Shown here one piece after another: positions 23,532 through 28,589 of a stretch of DNA of 28,589 nt. Under the pieces are notes generated by a model that did not search any database, was not told the origin of the DNA, and worked only from the letters and a program-made list of their open reading frames with translations. The number at the start of each line of letters is the position of its first letter. The first letter of the stretch is position 1. Origin of the DNA: a virus. Taxonomy: Duplodnaviria; Caudoviricetes. Location: the IMG/VR virus record IMGVR_UViG_3300037422_000398, positions 1 to 28,589 of that record; one strand, given 5' to 3'. Position numbers and translations under genes: made by a program.

Positions 23532-24760
23532 AGTGTCACCCCCTTGCGGACGATTTCCGCCTCCATCCACGTGCTCGCGGCCGCTACACTCTGTCCGGGG
23601 TTCTCCCCGAACACGGTGGCGATCAGCTGACGCACCCCATCTTGCTCACGGAAAAGCGCCGCACCTGACGTGCCGCGCTTAACCACCACGTCCTTCTCCT
23701 GCACGTTCTGGACTTTCCCGTTCTCGTCGCCCATCACGATGCCTCGCTCACTCATCCACCAGATGCTCGTGTTGTTGTTCACCCCCGTCGCGGCGTACGG
23801 CAAGGCCTTGTACGGCAGCACCGGAGTCATCTCGGCCGTTGCGATGTCGCCACCGAACCAGTAGGTCTGATCCGCGGAGACGTAGAGCCCATCCCCACAC
23901 GGTTCGACCATAGTGATATCGGCCGGGAACGAGATAAAGCCCTTGAGGGGATTGTACAGGCCCTCAGCAAACGGCTCCGAGTAGTATAGCACGGACCCGC
24001 TGGCCGTAAACAGCCGTCCGTTGTTGATCCGGACGATGTTTCCCGGAGGTAGCGGGGCCAGGAGCAGTGTCTGGCAGCGCCGACCGAACGGGGGCAGGAC
24101 GCTGACGTCCGCGGAATCCCCGGCAGCGAGTCCCGGGACGTGGAAGAACTGGTCGCCGTTGTCCGACGTCATGTAGACTCGAGTCTCGTAGCCAGCCAGG
24201 CTCGGAACAGTGAACAAGACGCGTCCGCCAGCGGCAACCTCGACGGCCACCGGGACCGTGGTGCCGCCCTCGACGCCTTCAGCGTTCACGTGGGTGCAGA
24301 CTACCTGGTACGTACCGGCGGGCAAACTGCCGGTGGCGACGGTAGTCACCAGCGGCTGGTTGGGCAACGGGACGGTGAACGGAGTGGCAACAGCGCCGAC
24401 CAGCTTGTAGAAGTCAAGGCCATCGGAGGCCACGATCGGTCCGGACGGCAGAGTAGCGTACGAGCGCCGGCGCCCGAAGGTCAGATCGTCCAGAACTTCG
24501 TCGGTGGCCATAGTGTCGGTGTCGATATAAATCAACGACTTATAGTCGACGTAGTAGGCTGCGCCCGGGGTGGTGAACAGCGAGTGGCAGTCGTCGCCGG
24601 GGATGACCTGGGCCGAGCCCTTCCGGCGCCGGATAGTGCCGACCTGGGTCAGGTCGACGTTTACCGCGGCGCGCAGGAAGTGCTCCTTGTCGGTCCGGTT
24701 CGCGAAGTCAGGGAATCGGTTGTTCATCCCGTCGAACGCGGGGATCTTGACCGGCTTCAT
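23528..24760 (-). CDS. Tail nozzle/tubular-protein-B-like virion protein (about 410 aa)
   Basis: TGATG coupling at 24760; FDGMNN...AVNVDL...G.IRRRKG N-terminus and GRLF...LYYSEP motifs resemble podoviral stabilization/nozzle propeller proteins. Confidence 0.7.
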   Translation of the reverse strand: MKPVKIPAFDGMNNRFPDFANRTDKEHFLRAAVNVDLTQVGTIRRRKGSAQVIPGDDCHSLFTTPGAAYYVDYKSLIYIDTDTMATDEVLDDLTFGRRRSYATLPSGPIVASDGLDFYKLVGAVATPFTVPLPNQPLVTTVATGSLPAGTYQVVCTHVNAEGVEGGTTVPVAVEVAAGGRVLFTVPSLAGYETRVYMTSDNGDQFFHVPGLAAGDSADVSVLPPFGRRCQTLLLAPLPPGNIVRINNGRLFTASGSVLYYSEPFAEGLYNPLKGFISFPADITMVEPCGDGLYVSADQTYWFGGDIATAEMTPVLPYKALPYAATGVNNNTSIWWMSERGIVMGDENGKVQNVQEKDVVVKRGTSGAALFREQDGVRQLIATVFGENPGQSVAAASTWMEAEIVRKGVTL

Positions 24761-25013
24761 CAATGGGTGCTCCGGATCCAGTCTTGGAGGTATCGGAGTT
24801 GCTCGGCGGTCGTGACGCATCCAGCAAGCTCCGCAAGTAGGGCATCTCGGCGGGCGGTACCATCAAGATCGGAGGCGGCTGCGGGGGCTCCGGGCACCGC
24901 GGGGGCGCTACGGGCGGCAAGCGCGTCGCGCAGCCGCTCAGCAATAGCATCCCGATCAGCGGCAGTAGCAGCCACAGAGGTGGTGAGACGGGCCAGTTTC
25001 GCTTTGTATCCAT
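24708..25013 (-). CDS. o-spanin (Rz1-like lipoprotein) embedded in Rz
   Basis: Hydrophobic signal with lipobox LLSG-C followed by a Pro-rich mature segment; alternate frame within the i-spanin. Confidence 0.85.
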   Translation of the reverse strand: MDTKRNWPVSPPLWLLLPLIGMLLLSGCATRLPPVAPPRCPEPPQPPPILMVPPAEMPYLRSLLDASRPPSNSDTSKTGSGAPIDEAGQDPRVRRDEQPIP

Positions 25014-25215
25014 TCACAATCTCCTCAGTTTTGCGGCGATTCCGTTCTTTCTCCGCAGCCTCTGCGGAGATACGTTCCGCAATCACCGCAGACGCACTGG
25101 CCTCATGGGCAGCAAGCGACTGCAGCGCTTCGTCACGAGCGCTGAGGGCCCACCACGTGGTGAGCCCCATGACCAGCATGACGGCGCCGATCGCGCCGTA
25201 CACGTACGCCATCAT
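24760..25215 (-). CDS. i-spanin (Rz-like)
   Basis: N-terminal TM (YVYGAIGAVMLVMGLTTWWAL), Ala-rich coiled coil, C-terminal C...QLRYLQDWIR; GAGGA RBS. Confidence 0.85.
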   Translation of the reverse strand: MMAYVYGAIGAVMLVMGLTTWWALSARDEALQSLAAHEASASAVIAERISAEAAEKERNRRKTEEIVNGYKAKLARLTTSVAATAADRDAIAERLRDALAARSAPAVPGAPAAASDLDGTARRDALLAELAGCVTTAEQLRYLQDWIRSTH

Positions 25216-25613
25216 CACACATCCTCGCTGGCCATGCACGCAGTGAAGAAAACGCCGAAGGCCTCCTGCGCCGACGCCGGCAGCTGATCCGGCGGCGTTC
25301 GTTTCACGAAGTCGTAGCCGTAACGCATGCTCTCAGTAACGAACGCGGCGTCGCGCGGGTTCTCCATGGAGTCCTTGAAGACGACCATGCCGTCCACCTG
25401 ATTGATGTGCTCGAGGATAGCGCCGAGGTCCCCACGGTCGATCTGGAACAGGACGAAGGGCTTACCGCGCAGCGCGCCCGAGCCGCCAGCGACGGCGTTG
25501 CTGGCCCAAGTGCCGCAGTACTCTTCCTTCGTGGCGGTGTCGGCGTAGTCGGCGTAGCCCGCGTAGGCGAGCGACGTCAAAATGAGCAGTACGAGCGTCA
25601 GGATCATCTTCAT
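25215..25613 (-). CDS. Secreted/periplasmic protein (132 aa) within the lysis cassette
   Basis: Signal peptide MKMILTLVLLILTSLAYA with AxA site; two Cys; AAGGAGA RBS. Confidence 0.75.
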   Translation of the reverse strand: MKMILTLVLLILTSLAYAGYADYADTATKEEYCGTWASNAVAGGSGALRGKPFVLFQIDRGDLGAILEHINQVDGMVVFKDSMENPRDAAFVTESMRYGYDFVKRTPPDQLPASAQEAFGVFFTACMASEDV

Positions 25614-25616
25614 GTG

Positions 25617-25838
25617 TCACTCTCCTTTGCGGGCCATGAGCTCCGTCTTCGTCTCGCTGCCGCGGCTCGTCCCATAATGGAACGATACCACCGCGCCTGC
25701 GAAACCGATCCACGCACCGATGAGCAGGTTGCGGTTATCGCCTTTCGAAACGATCTCGTAGATCGTGATCAGCACGAAGCCGGCCACGATCACGAAACCT
25801 AGAATCGCCCGCGCCTCCACGGCGGTCAGCTTTTGCAC
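25617..25838 (-). CDS. Holin (2 TM, 73 aa)
   Basis: Two hydrophobic helices, then FHYGTSRGS and a charged tail; directly after the endolysin. Confidence 0.75.
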   Translation of the reverse strand: MQKLTAVEARAILGFVIVAGFVLITIYEIVSKGDNRNLLIGAWIGFAGAVVSFHYGTSRGSETKTELMARKGE

Positions 25839-26233
25839 GGATGAATTTCCAGCACGACGCCGTCCGGATCATCGTCGGCGAGCATCAGCTGAGTGAACAG
25901 CGCGTCGAAAGCTTTCCGGGAGTTGAGGATCATCCCCTCGGCGCGCACCGTGCCGGTGAGGATACAACCCTCGGTGTCCTCGGGCTTATTGCCCGGGTGG
26001 AAGCGCACGCCCTCGAAGCCCGGCACGCGCTCGACGAGCGGCAGCACGCGGCCGAACCGCGGGCTGTGCGTGAGCACCACGGAGTACTTGCCGGCGGGAA
26101 TTGCCGTCACGTTCTTGATCTTCTCAGCGCGGACCGGGTCTTCCAGCGTCTCACACTGGTAGATCCCGTTGACGAACAGCTTGCCGTACGTCAGTTTCTC
26201 GGTTGAGGGCTCACGGTAGAGGTCGAGTTTCAT
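25826..26233 (-). CDS. DUF5675-family putative endolysin (L,D-peptidase-like)
   Basis: TYGKLFVNG...CETLED...TAIPAGKY...SPRF...VPGFEGVRFHPGNKPEDTEGCIL...NSRKAF; flanked by holin-like and spanin genes. Confidence 0.88.
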   Translation of the reverse strand: MKLDLYREPSTEKLTYGKLFVNGIYQCETLEDPVRAEKIKNVTAIPAGKYSVVLTHSPRFGRVLPLVERVPGFEGVRFHPGNKPEDTEGCILTGTVRAEGMILNSRKAFDALFTQLMLADDDPDGVVLEIHPCKS

Positions 26234-26463
26234 CGGGCAGCCTTGATTTCAGCCTTCAGGTCGCGGAAACCGGCAATCATCTCCTCGCGGAGTGCGCGGA
26301 TATCCTCGCGCGACTCCTGCTCGAGCTTGCTCAAGCGCCGGTCGTGGTCCTCGATTTTCTGCGTGCCGGTGCCCCACGCCACACCAGCAGCGAGCAACAT
26401 ACCGCAGAGCACTGCAACCAAGTGCGTCGAGTCGAGCATCTTCTTCAGCTTCGTCCACATCAC
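26230..26463 (-). CDS. Small membrane protein with coiled coil (77 aa), holin/antiholin-like
   Basis: One hydrophobic segment plus charged coiled coil; first gene of the lysis cassette; GGAGG RBS. Confidence 0.65.
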   Translation of the reverse strand: MMWTKLKKMLDSTHLVAVLCGMLLAAGVAWGTGTQKIEDHDRRLSKLEQESREDIRALREEMIAGFRDLKAEIKAAR

Positions 26464-27158
26464 AGGCCTCCGTACGACATGAAGCCCGGGGGTTGTTCGA
26501 GTCGCTCTCGCTCGACGCGCGCATCCGCGCAGTAGCGCAGGAAGCGTTCCTCGAACTCGGCGGCTTTGCCTTTATCGAACGTCTCCGCATCCTGCTTGCT
26601 GTAGGCCAAATGCTTCATCCACAACAGCAATCCGCGGTGGTGCTTCTCCGGGATCTCGAACTGGTAGTCGTCGATTTCAACGGCGTCCTGATCGATGGTG
26701 TCGGAGAGACGATCGAGTACAAGACGAATCGTATCATCTGCGCTGGCGATTGGGTAGAGGCGAACCGCGTCCTGCTCCATACCCAGGATCAAGTGCGACA
26801 CCGGGCCGGTGGTGATGTCGTCGATGGTGATACGGTGCAGCACCCCGTAGTCGTCCTGGCGCGCGGCCGCGTTCTGCAGCTGCTCGAAGGTCATCACGGT
26901 CACGTCGCGGCCGTCGCTGGCGCGCCGCGCGTGCCGGATGTGTAGGATCTGCGGGGAGATCTCGGCCCAGTCGTCGCCTTCCGCGATGGCGAGAGACGTC
27001 AGCGCGCTGCGCGCATCACTGATGCCCCACGCCTTGCGGCAGAACGTCTTCTGAGCGTCGTCCATGTAGCCCCACACTTCATCGTCGGACCACAGGTACG
27101 GCGCCTCCTCGTCTACGACGTCCTTCCGGAAGAGATCGAAGAGGGCCGAGGGAGTCAC
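26460..27158 (-). CDS. Head-tail adaptor/connector protein (232 aa)
   Basis: FRKDVVD...YLWSDDEV...DAQ N-terminus and EIPEKHHRGLLLWMKHLAYSKQDAET C-terminus are typical of podoviral adaptors. Confidence 0.78.
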   Translation of the reverse strand: MTPSALFDLFRKDVVDEEAPYLWSDDEVWGYMDDAQKTFCRKAWGISDARSALTSLAIAEGDDWAEISPQILHIRHARRASDGRDVTVMTFEQLQNAAARQDDYGVLHRITIDDITTGPVSHLILGMEQDAVRLYPIASADDTIRLVLDRLSDTIDQDAVEIDDYQFEIPEKHHRGLLLWMKHLAYSKQDAETFDKGKAAEFEERFLRYCADARVERERLEQPPGFMSYGGL

Positions 27159-27161
27159 GGC

Positions 27162-27542
27162 TTACTCCCCGTTCTGCGTCTTGAACTTGTCCCACGCGCG
27201 GGCGCGCTCACGCGAATCGATCGGCCAACCGAGCTCGCGGTTGACGGCGTACGCGGTGGGAGCACCGGCCGCGGTGAAGTCCTCGCGCACCAGCGTGGTC
27301 GACAGCTTGACGAACGCGGCGAAGATGGCTTTCTCGCGCTCGATGGGGTCGGTAGGGCCGACCGGCTTGACTTTGGGCTCGTCGCCCAGGGCGTCGCTGC
27401 CGTCGGCCATGACAGCACCGATCGCCACGGCGTCTGGCACGATGACGCCGGGGACGAAGGTAGGTTCGCCCTTCTTGAAGAACACGGAATGTCCGCGGGT
27501 GGTCACAAGATGGTGATTCCGCTGGAGAGTCATTTCAGGCAC
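27162..27542 (-). CDS. Hypothetical head-module protein (126 aa)
   Basis: AGGAG RBS before GTG; DFTAAGAP motif; position between capsid genes and adaptor. Confidence 0.75.
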   Translation of the reverse strand: MPEMTLQRNHHLVTTRGHSVFFKKGEPTFVPGVIVPDAVAIGAVMADGSDALGDEPKVKPVGPTDPIEREKAIFAAFVKLSTTLVREDFTAAGAPTAYAVNRELGWPIDSRERARAWDKFKTQNGE

Positions 27543-27562
27543 AGGTAGCTCCTGTCGAGTGG

Positions 27563-27592
27563 AAACCCGGGGGCAACATGCCCCCGGGGTTT
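27563..27592 (-). terminator. Probable weak intrinsic terminator after the capsid genes
   Basis: Perfect 10-bp stem CCCGGGGGCA/TGCCCCCGGG with 3-nt loop, flanked by AAA and TTT. The U-tract is only 3 nt on either strand. Confidence 0.7.
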
Positions 27593-27608
27593 ACTACGAC
27601 CTCACCGC

Positions 27609-28088
27609 TTAGACAGCGGCGTGGTTCACTTCTTCCGCGCGGCCGTTGATGATGTAGTCGACGCGCAGAACGGCTTTGCCGGCGGTACACACATCGTCGT
27701 TGGCGATACCGATGGTGATGGCGGTCTCGTTCGCGCTGTCCAGCGTGATGCCGGTCGGGACCAGCGGCACTTCCACGCCAGCGGTCTTGCGGTCGGCGGT
27801 CGCCAGATACTCGTCCGGATCGTCCAGGTCACCCACGACGATGTCGTAGCCGGCGGTGTCGAACGAGGTCAGCACTTGCAACGCGCCGCCCACAACCACC
27901 GCGTTGGGCGGCAGGTAGATGACGGTGAAGTAGCTGTCCGCGTCCGGAGTACCCGCGACGGCTGCGACGTTCGCCGAACCGAAGTCCTGCGAGTCACCGA
28001 GGGTGTTCTCCATGGTGTCGTTGAAGTTCCACGTGAAGAAGGCCGACATCACCTTCTGGGCCGCGGTGTTGGGTTTCAGTGCGCTCAT
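27609..28088 (-). CDS. Capsid-associated protein (159 aa), probable decoration/cement protein
   Basis: AAGGAGA RBS; LPPNAVVVGGALQV...FD...VGD...GKAVLRVDY jelly-roll-like pattern; immediately follows the MCP. Confidence 0.7.
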   Translation of the reverse strand: MSALKPNTAAQKVMSAFFTWNFNDTMENTLGDSQDFGSANVAAVAGTPDADSYFTVIYLPPNAVVVGGALQVLTSFDTAGYDIVVGDLDDPDEYLATADRKTAGVEVPLVPTGITLDSANETAITIGIANDDVCTAGKAVLRVDYIINGRAEEVNHAAV

Positions 28089-28117
28089 GTGTCTCTCCTT
28101 GTGGGTATCGGTCGGTT

Positions 28118-28135
28118 CGGGGGCCGGAGCCCCCG
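28118..28135 (-). other. GC-rich hairpin with C(UCCG)G tetraloop after the MCP stop
   Basis: Minus strand CGGGGGC-TCCG-GCCCCCG: 7-bp stem, UNCG loop, no U-tract. Confidence 0.65.
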
Positions 28136-28145
28136 TCCCTATTGG

Positions 28146-28589
28146 TTACTGGGCGACGTAGCAGCTGATCACGCCGAAGTCCTGCGTGGTGTTGCCGGCG
28201 TAGATGCTGTTGAAGCGCGGCTTCAGGTAGCCCATGATCTTCTGGGTGCTGATGCCTTGCTGGTTGCCGTAGTCGAAGTCCTTCTCGACCCACTCAGGGT
28301 TGCCCAGATCCGCCATCCCCAGCGCTTGCGCGCCGGCGAAGAGCACCTGACAGCCGTCGACGGCGCCGGCGCCACCCCACTTGCTGCCCGAAGCCAGGCC
28401 CGACGTGTTGAACACGTGGCGGTACTCGTGCAGGTAGATGCCGTCGATCTTCACGACGTCGCCGCCGTAGAGAGGGTTGGCATCACCACGGGGCTGAGCG
28501 TGACGAACGTTCAGCATGTAGGTCGGATCGAGCTTCAGACGGCTCATCGCCTTCGGGGTCAGGAACGCGTGGAAGGTCTCTTCCCCGCC
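28146..28589 (-). CDS. Major capsid protein, N4 gp56/DUF4043-like (3' part, truncated by the window)
   Basis: Frame open to the window edge (GGEETFHAFLTPKAM...); AQPRGDANPLY, DGIYLHE, GAQAL, EKDFDYGNQQGI, DFGVI. Confidence 0.9.
   Translation of the reverse strand, partial: GGEETFHAFLTPKAMSRLKLDPTYMLNVRHAQPRGDANPLYGGDVVKIDGIYLHEYRHVFNTSGLASGSKWGGAGAVDGCQVLFAGAQALGMADLGNPEWVEKDFDYGNQQGISTQKIMGYLKPRFNSIYAGNTTQDFGVISCYVAQ

Noticed and set aside
1-28589. Alternative genetic code, CRISPR array, diversity-generating retroelement, integrase or IS element
   Set aside because: Genes are intact under the standard code with TGA and TAA as normal stops. I saw no repeat-spacer array, reverse transcriptase, TR/VR pair, recombinase or transposase motifs by eye.

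Overview
A 28.6-kb, GC-rich segment of a tailed dsDNA bacteriophage (or intact prophage) with a Gram-negative host, inferred from an embedded Rz/Rz1 spanin pair. Two gene blocks converge at about 8090. The + strand (1-8094) carries early/middle genes: small hypothetical proteins, DUF6915, a GP88-like Fe-S protein, a sigma70-type promoter ahead of a putative SSB/recombination pair, a DEDDh exonuclease, dNMP kinase, a PD-(D/E)xK nuclease, an HD nucleotidase, ThyX and a metallophosphoesterase. The - strand (28589-8087) is the late operon: an N4-gp56-like major capsid protein (partial), head/adaptor proteins, an internal lysis cassette (holin-like proteins, DUF5675 endolysin, a secreted protein, Rz/Rz1), tail/nozzle and receptor-binding candidates, and three probable ejected proteins of 326, 787 and 2359 aa. 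This layout is podovirus-like. The most unusual observations are: (i) a D-arm-reduced tRNA-Trp(CCA)-like cloverleaf inside the 3' end of the HD gene, directly before the thyX RBS; (ii) an internal protein with five [M/F/A]-A-x-G-G motifs next to a giant ejected protein with two HExxH zincin-like repeats, possibly a packaged processing or sorting system; (iii) two parallel, translationally coupled chains of overlapping ORFs at 4582-5648; (iv) a coupled gene broken by a single TAA; (v) a signal-peptide protein inside the lysis cassette. All family assignments come from motif recognition by eye; no database searches were run.
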